This document shows, piece after piece, positions 18,201 to 27,783 of a stretch of DNA of 64,000 nucleotides; position 1 is the stretch's first letter; each line of letters begins with the position of its first letter. Origin of the DNA: Desulfotignum sp. (GTDB lineage: Bacteria > Desulfobacterota > Desulfobacteria > Desulfobacterales > Desulfobacteraceae). A program made the translations under genes and the position numbers. The notes under the pieces were generated by a model. That model was not told the DNA's origin and searched no databases. It saw nothing but the letters and a program-made list of their open reading frames with translations. The stretch spans positions 72,893-136,892 of the forward strand of contig JAXHLJ010000016.1 in NCBI GenBank assembly GCA_034522435.1, written 5' to 3'.

Positions 18201-19883
18201 ATGAAATTTCGACTTTCCGACATGATGGATATGGAGTATCTGCTGACACTGGATGACGATCCGGATGCCGGTGGATCGGCTGAGCTGAGAGCAGCCCGGG
18301 ACCGGGATATTTTCCGGCAGGCCGGCGGGGATCACATGTCGGATACCGATCTGATGGCCGTCTGGTTGTCATACCGCAAAATGCTGTATCTGGATCAGGC
18401 CGGTCCGGACGGATATCAGCGGCTGCCGGGACGGCTTTTCAACACCCTTTTTAACTGGACCGTCCGGGGACTGGCCCTGGCCGGAGGACTGACCGGCCTG
18501 ATTCTGGCGTACGGATTTTTAGCCTATCACGGGGTCCGCCCGGTGAATGTGACATTGTTTTTTTTCGTGTTTGTGCTGATGCCGGCGGTTTTTTTTCTTT
18601 TTTCCGCGGCAGGGCTTTTAAGTCATCATGCCGGATGGGCCGGCACCGGCCCGGGGGGGATGACCGGTCTGGTGTCCCGGGTATTGTTTGAGCTGGTCCC
18701 CGGGATGCTGAGACGGATCCGGTTGAACACGGGACAACGGTCTGCGGAAAACAGGCGGACCCGAATGGATGAGGCCCTGTTGTTCATCCGCACGAAAAAG
18801 CAGGCCTATGGCGATCTGTTGTTCTGGCCCCTGGTGATCCTGGTGTCTGTGTTCGCACTGTTTTTTTCTCTGGGTGCCCTGGGCGGCACGCTGTTCCGGG
18901 TGGCGTTCAGTGATGTGGCGTTCGGGTGGCAGTCCACCCTGGCGGCCACGCCTGCCGCGGTCCATGACCTGGTGACACTGGTATCTTTGCCCTGGGCCGC
19001 ATGGATACCGGATCTTCTGGCCGGCCCCACCCCGGAACAGATACAGGGGTCCCGGATCATTCTGAAACAGGGGATCGCGGCGCTGGCCACGGAACACCTG
19101 GCGTCCTGGTGGCCGTTTCTGTGTTTGAGCATGGTGTGTTATGCAGTGATTCCCCGGCTGGTGATCATCTTTTGGGCGGTCATGGCCCAGCGGTCGGCCC
19201 TGAACCGGTTCGATTTTCGTCAGCCCCGTTTCCGGCGCCTGATTGTCCGCATGAAATCTCCGGTCATGGATATCGGGTTTGAAGAAAACACCCCGGCCCG
19301 GCAGACCGATAAAGCATCATCCGGGCCGGTGCATCGGCCCTGTGAGCCGCAAGGAACACCTGAAATCGTGGTCCCGGAACATGAAAAAGTTTCAGATCAA
19401 ACAGATGAAAAACCATCGCCGTCCTCCCGGAGGATGGTGCCGGAATCTTCAGAAACCGTGCCAGCACCCGTGGGCACGCCAACCGTGGTTCTGGCGCCGG
19501 TACCGGCCTGGGATGCGGCCGCCACCGACCGGATTTCAGATTTACTGTCCCGGCAGTTTCTGCTGGATGTCCGGCAGGTGATTTTTGTGGAACAGGATCT
19601 GGCGGCGGATGCCCGCCTGCTGGGGCCGGATGTGCTGAACGGCGTGGACCCGGTTATTTTTCTCCAGGAAGTGTGGCAGCCCCCCATCCGGGGCATTCTC
19701 CATTACCTGGTGCAGCTCAAGCAGGGGGTTCTGATGGACAAAAATCTCTGGGTGCTGTTGACCCGGGCCCCTGAAGAGGAAAATCTGGGTGTGGCGGACC
19801 GGGATATGGATGCCCGGGTGTGGCAGGACCGTATTCTCGGGCTGGGTCACCCGGACATGCTGGTGGAAAGGATCCGGCCATGA
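18201..19883 (+). CDS. Uncharacterised multi-pass membrane protein (recalled as DUF2868-like) with a Pro/Ser/Glu-rich linker
   Basis: 560 aa with several hydrophobic segments (e.g. VTLFFFVFVLMPAVFFLFSAAGLL). Low-complexity linker PVHRPCEPQGTPEIVVPEHEKVSDQTDEKPSPSS. The stop overlaps the next start (ATGA). Confidence 0.6.
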   Translation: MKFRLSDMMDMEYLLTLDDDPDAGGSAELRAARDRDIFRQAGGDHMSDTDLMAVWLSYRKMLYLDQAGPDGYQRLPGRLFNTLFNWTVRGLALAGGLTGLILAYGFLAYHGVRPVNVTLFFFVFVLMPAVFFLFSAAGLLSHHAGWAGTGPGGMTGLVSRVLFELVPGMLRRIRLNTGQRSAENRRTRMDEALLFIRTKKQAYGDLLFWPLVILVSVFALFFSLGALGGTLFRVAFSDVAFGWQSTLAATPAAVHDLVTLVSLPWAAWIPDLLAGPTPEQIQGSRIILKQGIAALATEHLASWWPFLCLSMVCYAVIPRLVIIFWAVMAQRSALNRFDFRQPRFRRLIVRMKSPVMDIGFEENTPARQTDKASSGPVHRPCEPQGTPEIVVPEHEKVSDQTDEKPSPSSRRMVPESSETVPAPVGTPTVVLAPVPAWDAAATDRISDLLSRQFLLDVRQVIFVEQDLAADARLLGPDVLNGVDPVIFLQEVWQPPIRGILHYLVQLKQGVLMDKNLWVLLTRAPEEENLGVADRDMDARVWQDRILGLGHPDMLVERIRP

Positions 19884-21325
19884 TAACGGATGCCATGACC
19901 CGGGGCGCGCCGGCCGCAGTTCCGGAATTTGCCGTACTCGGGCATCCCAACGAAGGCAAGTCCGCCGTGGTGTCCACGCTGACCGAAGATGATCAGGTGC
20001 GGGTCAGCCCCGTACCGGGGGAAACCACGGTATGCCGGACCTATACCGTGAAAATCGATGGAAAAGAGATCATCCGGTTCGTGGATACACCGGGGTTTCA
20101 GGTGCCCCGGCAGACCCTGGCCTGGTTCAACGCCTGTCACGGAGAACCGCATCGCATCCTGGATGAATTCATTGCGGCCCATGAATCCGATCCGTTTTAT
20201 GCGGATGAAGTGGAACTGTTCCGTCCCGTGGCCCGGGGGGCAGGTATTATCTACGTGGTGAACGGGTCCCGCCCGGTCCGGGCCGATGACCTGGCGGAGA
20301 TGGAGATCCTGCGGCTCACGGGTCGGCCCCGCATGGCCGTGATCAATTCCAAGGACGTGGACAAAGATTATACCCGGAACTGGCGCCGGGAATTCGGCAA
20401 GCATTTCAACAGCATCCGGATTTTCAATGCCAATACGGCCAATTTTCACGACCGCATCGGCATGCTGGAAAGCCTCAAATCCATCGACCAGGAATGGGAA
20501 CCCGTCCTGGCCCGGGTGATCCAGGCGTTTCAGGCGGAATGGGAAAAGCGCAACCGCCTGGCCAGCGCATACATCACCCATGCCATTGAAAAAAGCATCC
20601 GGTTTTCCGTGTCCCGGGGCCTGACGGACGATGACGATCCCGTCCTGGCTCAGGAGGCACTGGCTCAAGCCTATCGGAAACAGGTGCGCGATATTGAAAC
20701 ATCGATGTTCCATCATATCCGCGCCCTGTTCCGGCACCGGGTGTATGAGGTATCCCTGCCCGATTATTCCGTGCTTCAGCACGATCTGTTTTCCAGAAAA
20801 ACCTGGGAACTGCTGGGATTGACAAAAACCCAGCTGGCTGCGGCCGGCGCCGTGATCGGAGGGACCATGGGGGCCGTGGCGGACACGGCGGCCCATGGCC
20901 TGAGTTTTGGTATGTTCACGGCCATCGGTGGACTGCTGGGCGCGGGATCTGCCGTGCTCGGAGGGCGCCGTGTGGCGGACAAAAGCCCGGCCGGCATCCG
21001 GCTGGGGGGAGATCGGATCCAGGTGGGTCCCAATGAAAATCCTCAGTTTCTGTATATTCTTCTGGACCGGGCCCTGATCTATTATGCCCATATCGTCAAC
21101 CGGCCCCATGGCCGGCGGGAAAAGAGAAACATCACGGACATCACGGATGACACCGTGAAAAAACAGGGCATCACCACGGCATTGACCCCGGCCCGGCGCC
21201 GGATCTGCGCCCGGTACTTCAAAGCGGTCAAAGGCCGCAGACGGATCAAAGACAAAAAAGCGGTGCTGTCGTTTGCCGCACTGGTGCAGTCGCTGCTCGA
21301 AGAACTTTCACAAAGAACCGATTGA
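19880..21325 (+). CDS. P-loop GTPase with a C-terminal glycine-zipper membrane segment (recalled as GTPase/DUF3482-like)
   Basis: G1 GHPNEGKS, G3 DTPG, a G4-like INSKD, then LAAAGAVIGGTMGAVADTAAHGLSFGMFTAIGGLLGAGSAVLGG. Start at 19880 (MITDAM). Confidence 0.7.
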   Translation: MITDAMTRGAPAAVPEFAVLGHPNEGKSAVVSTLTEDDQVRVSPVPGETTVCRTYTVKIDGKEIIRFVDTPGFQVPRQTLAWFNACHGEPHRILDEFIAAHESDPFYADEVELFRPVARGAGIIYVVNGSRPVRADDLAEMEILRLTGRPRMAVINSKDVDKDYTRNWRREFGKHFNSIRIFNANTANFHDRIGMLESLKSIDQEWEPVLARVIQAFQAEWEKRNRLASAYITHAIEKSIRFSVSRGLTDDDDPVLAQEALAQAYRKQVRDIETSMFHHIRALFRHRVYEVSLPDYSVLQHDLFSRKTWELLGLTKTQLAAAGAVIGGTMGAVADTAAHGLSFGMFTAIGGLLGAGSAVLGGRRVADKSPAGIRLGGDRIQVGPNENPQFLYILLDRALIYYAHIVNRPHGRREKRNITDITDDTVKKQGITTALTPARRRICARYFKAVKGRRRIKDKKAVLSFAALVQSLLEELSQRTD

Positions 21326-21343
21326 CAAGGAGGGTCGCCACCC

Positions 21344-23377
21344 ATGTTGCCCCATCTGTTCCGCCCGATTCAAATCGGGCACCTCACGGTGAAAAACCGG
21401 CTGATGATGTCTGCCATGAGCATCAATTTCGGGGTGGATGATCAGTGTCATGTGACGGACCAGCTGATCGCCTATTTTGTGGAGCGGGCCAGGGGTGGGG
21501 CCGGCATGATGCTGGTGGGGGGCGGTTCTGTCCATCCCGGGGGCCAGGAACTGCCGGATCTGCCCCAGATGTATGAGGACGGCTGTATTCCGGCGCTGAG
21601 ACGCATGGTGGATCAGGTCAAACCCCATGGCGCTGTTTTCGGGGTCCAGCTCATGCACGGGGGGCGGCAGTCCTATCTGCCGGAAAAAGTGGCCCCGTCC
21701 GCCATTCCGGCCCCGGCCGTGGTGAAAGGCGAGGTCCGGGCATTGACCGTGGCGGAGATCCATCACCTGGTGGCCTGTTTCGGGGATGCGGCCCGGCGGT
21801 GCAGAGAGGCGGGGTTTGATTTTGTGGAGATCCACGGGGCCCACGGGTATCTCATCAACCAGTTCATGTCCCCCAACGCCAATGTGCGCACCGATGAATA
21901 CGGGGGCCGCTTTGAAAACCGGACCCGGTTTCTGTTCGAGATCCTGGCCGATATTCAGGCAAAGGCCGGGGCCGACTTTCCCGTGGGTATCCGCATCAAC
22001 GGCAACGACTACATGACAAACGGGTGGGAGCTGACCGACGCGTTGATCCTGGCCCCGCTGCTGGAGGCGGCCGGCGCCGCGTATCTGCACGTGTCCGCCG
22101 GGGTGTACGGGTCCACGGAGCTGACCATTCCTTCCATGTATACTTCCCAGGGCTGTTTTGTGCACCTGGCCGAGGCCGTGAAGCAGGTGGTGGCGATTCC
22201 GGTGATCACGGTGGGCCGGATCAAGGACCCGGTCCAGGCCGATCAGATCATTGCGGATGGCCGGGCCGATATGGTGGCCCTGGGGCGGTCCTTTCTGGCG
22301 GACCCCTGGTATCCGGAAAAGGCCCGCACCGGCAGAATCCATGAGATCCGGCCCTGCGTGGGATGCTGCCTGGGATGCATCCATGCGGTTTTGGCCAAGG
22401 AGCCGGGCGGGTGCGTGGTGAACCCGGATGTGGGCCGGGAGTACCTCCTGGCATCCGGTGGAACTGCCGGGGGAGCTGCCGGTGAACCGGCCGGGTCTCC
22501 GGACAGCATCCCGGACAAGCTCCCGGTCAGCACTCCGCTCAGCACCCCGGAGAGGACTCCAGACAGCACTCCGGTCAATCCCCCGGTGCGGGTCCTGGTG
22601 GCGGGAGCCGGTCCCGCCGGTCTGGCTGCGGCCCGGGCATGCGCCCTGGCCGGCCATGATGTGGTGATCTGTGAGCAGCACAGCCGTTCCGGCGGGCTGC
22701 TGAGTCTGGCGTCCAAAGCCCCGGGCCGAAGCGAGCTGGGGGATATTCTGCAATTTTTTGACCGGGAACTCAAACGTCTGGATATCCCGGTCCAATACCA
22801 CGCCCCGCTTACCGGAGACCTGCTGGCAGCCGTATCTCCGGACCATGTGGTGCTGGCCACGGGCGCCATGCCTCAGATGCCGCTGATCAAGGGGCTGTTC
22901 ACCACATCCATGGCCTTGGTCACGGGGGTGGATGTGATGGCGGGCACGGAAACGGCCGGACAAACAGTGATCGTCCTGGGCGGGGGCATGGCCGGCCTGA
23001 TCGTGGCGGATTTTCTGGCGGACCAGGGGAAGACCGTGACGGTGCTGAACCGGAAAAAAAGCTTTGCCGAAGAGATGTCCGCCAATGACCGGTATTATCT
23101 TCGGGAAAGTCTGAAAAAAAAGGATGTCACCCTGTACAAGCAGGTGGCCGTCCGGGCCTTTACTTCCGATGGGGTGACATTTACCTGTAAGGGAGAGAAA
23201 ACCATCCTGTCCGGGTTCGACACGGTGGTGATTTCAGAAAAGTACGAAGCGGTTCGGGCGGCAAAATCCCTGGAAAAAACCTCCCCGGCCCGGTTTCATC
23301 TCATCGGTGATGCCAAATCGCCCCGGCACCTGATGTACTGCATCAGCGAGGCGGAAGAACTGGCCCTTTCCCTGTGA
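21344..23377 (+). CDS. OYE-family FMN/Fe-S flavoprotein with a C-terminal FAD/NAD(P) domain (2,4-dienoyl-CoA reductase / amine dehydrogenase architecture)
   Basis: 677 aa. OYE TIM-barrel N-terminus, Cys cluster CVGCCLGC, and dinucleotide folds VAGAGPAGL and VLGGGMAGL. Confidence 0.8.
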   Translation: MLPHLFRPIQIGHLTVKNRLMMSAMSINFGVDDQCHVTDQLIAYFVERARGGAGMMLVGGGSVHPGGQELPDLPQMYEDGCIPALRRMVDQVKPHGAVFGVQLMHGGRQSYLPEKVAPSAIPAPAVVKGEVRALTVAEIHHLVACFGDAARRCREAGFDFVEIHGAHGYLINQFMSPNANVRTDEYGGRFENRTRFLFEILADIQAKAGADFPVGIRINGNDYMTNGWELTDALILAPLLEAAGAAYLHVSAGVYGSTELTIPSMYTSQGCFVHLAEAVKQVVAIPVITVGRIKDPVQADQIIADGRADMVALGRSFLADPWYPEKARTGRIHEIRPCVGCCLGCIHAVLAKEPGGCVVNPDVGREYLLASGGTAGGAAGEPAGSPDSIPDKLPVSTPLSTPERTPDSTPVNPPVRVLVAGAGPAGLAAARACALAGHDVVICEQHSRSGGLLSLASKAPGRSELGDILQFFDRELKRLDIPVQYHAPLTGDLLAAVSPDHVVLATGAMPQMPLIKGLFTTSMALVTGVDVMAGTETAGQTVIVLGGGMAGLIVADFLADQGKTVTVLNRKKSFAEEMSANDRYYLRESLKKKDVTLYKQVAVRAFTSDGVTFTCKGEKTILSGFDTVVISEKYEAVRAAKSLEKTSPARFHLIGDAKSPRHLMYCISEAEELALSL

Positions 23378-23409
23378 CATATCATGGTTCAGATGGCGAA
23401 TATCGAAGA

Positions 23410-24165
23410 TCAGGGGGCCATGGAGAGCTGCACGGGCAGGCTGGACACCACGTTGAATTTGTACTTGTCACTGCGGTAGGTGCAGTAGCACACCTCGATG
23501 GGGCGGTTGATATCATCATACAGGACCCATTCCAGAAAAATACAGGGCTGGGGTGAATCAAACCCGAAGGTCCGGGTCTCAAAACTGTTGGACATCACAG
23601 CAGTGAATGTCTGGTCTGCGTGGTGCAGGCGCAGGTTGAAATTTTCCCGGTAAATCGGGTACATGCCCTTGCTCAGATCCATTTCCATGACACGTTTGAA
23701 CGGTTCATAGGGCAGGTAGGTTCCCTGGATCAGGGCAGGTTCTTCATCTGCAAAAAATGTCCGCAGGATATAGATGACCCGCAGATCACCGGACAATTGC
23801 AGGGGGTCTGCAATTTTTGCATCCGCCTGAATGATCTCCACCCGGTTTACCTTGAATGCCGGCTGACTGCCGCTGCGGCGGATATCATTGAAAAATCCAG
23901 TGATGGTATTCAGGCTGAAAATAAAGTTTTTGTTGGTTTCAGCGGCAACAAACGATCCTTTGCCCCGTGTCCGGGTGATGATGCCCTCCACCACCAGGCG
24001 GTGGAGGGCTTTGCGCACGGTCATGCGGGTGACGTTGAACTGCCGGGCCAAAGCGGTTTCCGTGGGGATCTGGTCCCCGGTTTTCAGTTTTTCCGCCTGC
24101 AGCTGTTCCTGGAACCAGTGGTATATCTGTACGTATTTGGGCTGACGCTTCTGGGGCTGAATCAT
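23410..24165 (-). CDS. GntR family transcriptional regulator (HutC/UTRA subfamily)
   Basis: 251 aa. Winged HTH IPTETALARQFNVTRMTVRKALHRLVVEGII followed by a UTRA-like effector domain. Confidence 0.85.
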   Translation of the reverse strand: MIQPQKRQPKYVQIYHWFQEQLQAEKLKTGDQIPTETALARQFNVTRMTVRKALHRLVVEGIITRTRGKGSFVAAETNKNFIFSLNTITGFFNDIRRSGSQPAFKVNRVEIIQADAKIADPLQLSGDLRVIYILRTFFADEEPALIQGTYLPYEPFKRVMEMDLSKGMYPIYRENFNLRLHHADQTFTAVMSNSFETRTFGFDSPQPCIFLEWVLYDDINRPIEVCYCTYRSDKYKFNVVSSLPVQLSMAP

Positions 24166-24315
24166 GGTGCTCCTGTGGGTCTGAAACCATTTTTACGGGC
24201 AATTTGTATACTTATGGCATGGATTTGTATAATAAATCAACCACCAAAAAATGCAGCGGGTTTTTCAAAAAAACACTTGACAAATGAACAGAGATCGGTT
24301 TAAGCATCTGGTAAA

Positions 24316-24340
24316 TGTATATACAAATTTAGTATATACA
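24316..24340. promoter_or_regulatory. Candidate GntR operators: palindrome TGTATATACA plus the adjacent AGTATATACA
   Basis: Perfect 10-bp palindrome at 24316-24325 and a 9/10 copy at 24331-24340, 40-65 nt upstream of the ABC operon ATG. Half-site-like TGTATAC (24205) and TGTATAA (24226) lie nearer the GntR gene. Confidence 0.55.
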
Positions 24341-24381
24341 AAAACGCTGCCCCAACAATCTCATTCAAACAAGGAGGGAAC

Positions 24382-25974
24382 ATGTCCAAGCCAAACATGC
24401 AGTTTTCAAAAATCCGGCTTTCCCGCCGGTCTTTTCTCAAGACGTCTGCCGCAACCGCTGGATGGCTGATGCTTCCCGGACTGGGGATGCACCCGTCATG
24501 GGCCCAGGATACCCGGGTGCTGCGGGTGCGGGATTACGGCGATCCCCAGTCTCTGGATCCCGGCATCGCATCCAATCTTTACGAGGAGCACGTCAACGCT
24601 GCGGTGCACAACAAGCTGATCGCCTACAAACCCGGCAACAAATGGGAATGGCAGCTGGAAGCGGCCCGGTCCATCGAGCAGGTGGATCCCACCCACATCA
24701 AATTTGTCCTCAAGCCCGGCATCACCTTCACCAACGGATTCGGTGAAATGACGGCGGAAGATGTGAAATTTTCCTATGAGCGCATCATCGATCCGGAACT
24801 CAAATCCCCCATCAAAGGGGACTGGGCCACCCTGGCATCCGTGGATGTCACAGACAGATATTCCGGTGTGATCGTGCTCAGCAACCCGTTCCAGCCGTTA
24901 TGGATGACCACTCTCCCCTATATGGGGGGCAATATTGTTTCCAAAAAAGCGGTTGAAGCGGCCGGCGGAAAGTTTGCAGCCATGCCTTCCTGTTTTTCCG
25001 GGCCCTATATCATCAAGGAACGCGAACCCAAACAGCGCACCGTTCTGGCCCGCAATCCGGAATGGAAAGGGGCGCCGGCCGGGTTTGACGAAATTCATAT
25101 TTTTCCCATTGACGATGAGAAAACCGCGGAAATGGGGTTTGAGGCAGGGGATCTGGATTACACCCGCGTTAGTATGAGTTCATATAAAAATCTGAAGAAA
25201 ACACCGCCGAAAAACAGTGTGGTGAAAAAATATCCCTCCCTGTATTATGTGTGGCTGGGCATGAACATGGAACACCCCAAGCTGTCTGATGAGCGGGTGC
25301 GCCGGGCCGTGCAGTATGCTGTGGATATCCCCTCCATTTTGGCGGCTGCCTATGACGGGGTCGCAGATCCGGCCACAGGATATGTGCCGCCGGGACTGGT
25401 GGGCCACCGGCCGGATACGCTGGTGCCTTTTAAAGCGGATTTTGCAAAAGCCAAAGCCCTGCTGGCGGAAGCAGGATACCCTGACGGCATCGATCTGGAC
25501 CTGGAAGTGCGCAACAAAGCGGTCTATATCGCTGCCGGCCAGGTGATCCAGGCCATGGCTACCCAGGCCGGCATCCGGATGTCCCTGAATCTGCATGATT
25601 CCGGTTCCTTCTGGTCCCTGGGAGATGAGAGCAAGGGAGACCGCTGGAAAAAGCTGCAGCTGGTGTTGAACCGGTTTTCATCCGCCCCTGATCCCCACTA
25701 TGCAGCCCTGTGGTTCACCAAGGAACTGGTGGGGGTGTGGAACTGGGAGCGGTTCAAAAATGCCTAATACAACCAGTTGTATGAACAGGCCCTGGCTGAA
25801 GGGGATAAAGACAAACGCGACCGGATGTACCGCAGAATGCAGGAATTGATGGAAGCGTCCGGGGCCTATCGTTTTATCACCCATGAAGCGGTCCCTGTGA
25901 TTTACACGGACAAGGTCATTCCGGCATTGCGGCCGGACGGCATGCCGCTGTTACGCTATTTTAAAACTGCCTGA
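24382..25974 (+). pseudogene. Family-5 (peptide/nickel/opine) ABC substrate-binding protein interrupted by an in-frame TAA
   Basis: Tat-type signal SRRSFLKTSAATAG. The reading frame continues unchanged after the TAA at 25765-25767 (ERFKNA*YNQLYEQALAEGDKDKR...) into the normal C-terminal end of the family. Confidence 0.7.
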
Positions 25975-25993
25975 TGCAGGCCGGGAAAAACCC

Positions 25994-26938
25994 ATGCTGT
26001 TTTATCTGTTAAAACGTGTCGGTCTGGCTGTCGTGATTGTGGTGGTGGCAGTGGTGCTGCTGTACTCCATGATCCATGTCGTACCCGGGGACCCGGCCAG
26101 TGTGATGCTGGGTCCCCGGGCCACGCCGGAAATGAAGCAGGAAATATATGAGCGCATGGGCCTGGACCGGCCGTTTGTGGTGCAGGTGGCCAGTTTTCTG
26201 GGTAATGTGGCCAGGGGAAACCTGGGAATGGATTTTTTTTCCGAACGGCCGGTGGCCGAGATCGTATTCAAACAGCTGGATGAAACCCTGGTGCTTGTTC
26301 TGGCAAGTATCAGCTGGGCCATGCTGCTGGGCATTCCATTGGGATGCTATTCCGCGGTTTTCAGAAACAGGTTTTCAGATAAACTGGTGGGGGTGTTTTC
26401 CATCGGGGTGATCGCCGTGCCCTCTTTTGTGGTGGCCCTGTATTCCCTGCTGTTTTTTGCCGTGACCCTGAAATGGCTGCCGGCCATCGGTGCCGGGGAA
26501 TCGGGCCAGTTTCTGGACCAGGTGCAGCATCTGATTCTGCCGGCATTTGCCATCGGACTGGGATGGGTGGGATATATCGCCCGTCTGGTGCGGGCCTCCA
26601 TGCTGGAAGTGCTCAACGAAAACCATATCCGGCGGGCCCGGGCATTCGGCCTGCCGGAAACCACCATTGTGTTTCATTATGCCCTTAAACTGGCCATACT
26701 GCCCACGGTGACCCTGCTGGGAACCGGTATCGGCCGCCTGATTTCATCGGCCGTGTTTGCAGAGATCGTATTTGCCAGACCCGGTATCGGTAAACTGATT
26801 TTTGATTCTGTTGTGTCCCGCAACTATCCCCTGGTAATGGGCGCTGTGCTGGTCTCCACGGTATTGTTTGTGCTGAGTACCACTATATCCGATTCCATCA
26901 ACGCCATGCTGGACCCCCGGGTCAGGGAGCGGTTATAA
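25994..26938 (+). CDS. ABC transporter permease (DppB/OppB-like)
   Basis: 314 aa, six predicted TM segments. Typical N-terminal MLFYLLKRV...VPGDP motif. Confidence 0.9.
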   Translation: MLFYLLKRVGLAVVIVVVAVVLLYSMIHVVPGDPASVMLGPRATPEMKQEIYERMGLDRPFVVQVASFLGNVARGNLGMDFFSERPVAEIVFKQLDETLVLVLASISWAMLLGIPLGCYSAVFRNRFSDKLVGVFSIGVIAVPSFVVALYSLLFFAVTLKWLPAIGAGESGQFLDQVQHLILPAFAIGLGWVGYIARLVRASMLEVLNENHIRRARAFGLPETTIVFHYALKLAILPTVTLLGTGIGRLISSAVFAEIVFARPGIGKLIFDSVVSRNYPLVMGAVLVSTVLFVLSTTISDSINAMLDPRVRERL

Positions 26939-27783
26939 TGAACCGGATAAAGGAAATTTTCTTTCGTCTCCGTAATGAACCCATGGGTATTTTCGGGCTT
27001 GTTCTGGTGCTGCTGGTGGTTTTGTGTGCCGTGTTCGCCCCGTTTCTGGTCACCCATGACCCCAATGCCCTGGATATTGTCAACCGGCTGGCCGGCCCCT
27101 CTTCCGACCACTGGATGGGCACGGACCAGCTGGGACGGGATGTCTTCTCCCGGGTGGTGATGGGATCACGCATTGCCGTCTGGGTGGCCCTGGTGACCGT
27201 ATCCTTGTCTCTGGGCATCGGCCTGGTGCTGGGAATGATGGCCGGATACGGCCCCAAATGGATGGACAGCGGTCTGCTGCTGCTGTTCGACACCCTGCGG
27301 TCATTTCCCACCATCATGTTTGCCCTGGCGCTGGTGACAGTGTTCGGCCCCAGTCTGCAAACGGTAATCATCGTGATTGTGGCCACCACCTTTCCGGTAT
27401 ACGGCCGCATGGTGCGGACCCAGACCCAGGCGTTGGCCGGCAACGAATTCATCGTGGCCGAAGAAGCCATGGGTGCCGGCATGATGCGGGTGCTGGGGGT
27501 GCATATTCTGCCCAATATCGTGGGGCCGCTGTTCATTGTGGCCAGTATGGATATCCCGGTGGTGATCACCATCGAGGCCGGGCTGAGTTTCCTGGGGGTG
27601 GGGGTCCGCCCCCCGACGCCCAGCTGGGGGGCGATTCTCAATGACGGATACGCCTATATCCGCAACACCCCGTGGATTATCATTTTCGGCGGGATCCCCC
27701 TGATTGTCACCACCCTGGGATTCACCTTTCTGGGGGAATCCATGCGGGATATGTTTGACCCCAAACTGCGCAAGGACTTATGA
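26938..27783 (+). CDS. ABC transporter permease (DppC/OppC-like)
   Basis: 281 aa. HWMGTDQLGRDVFSRV motif. The start overlaps the upstream stop. Confidence 0.9.
   Translation: MNRIKEIFFRLRNEPMGIFGLVLVLLVVLCAVFAPFLVTHDPNALDIVNRLAGPSSDHWMGTDQLGRDVFSRVVMGSRIAVWVALVTVSLSLGIGLVLGMMAGYGPKWMDSGLLLLFDTLRSFPTIMFALALVTVFGPSLQTVIIVIVATTFPVYGRMVRTQTQALAGNEFIVAEEAMGAGMMRVLGVHILPNIVGPLFIVASMDIPVVITIEAGLSFLGVGVRPPTPSWGAILNDGYAYIRNTPWIIIFGGIPLIVTTLGFTFLGESMRDMFDPKLRKDL

Noticed and set aside
25765-25767. Recoding explanations (stop-codon readthrough, selenocysteine or pyrrolysine) for the in-frame stop, and programmed frameshifting for the lesions at 28892, 44425 and 49438.
   Set aside because: The stop is TAA, not TGA or TAG, and I saw no SECIS- or PYLIS-like structure. 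None of the frameshift sites has an X-XXY-YYZ slippery heptamer or a downstream pseudoknot-like element. Mutation or sequencing error is the simpler explanation.
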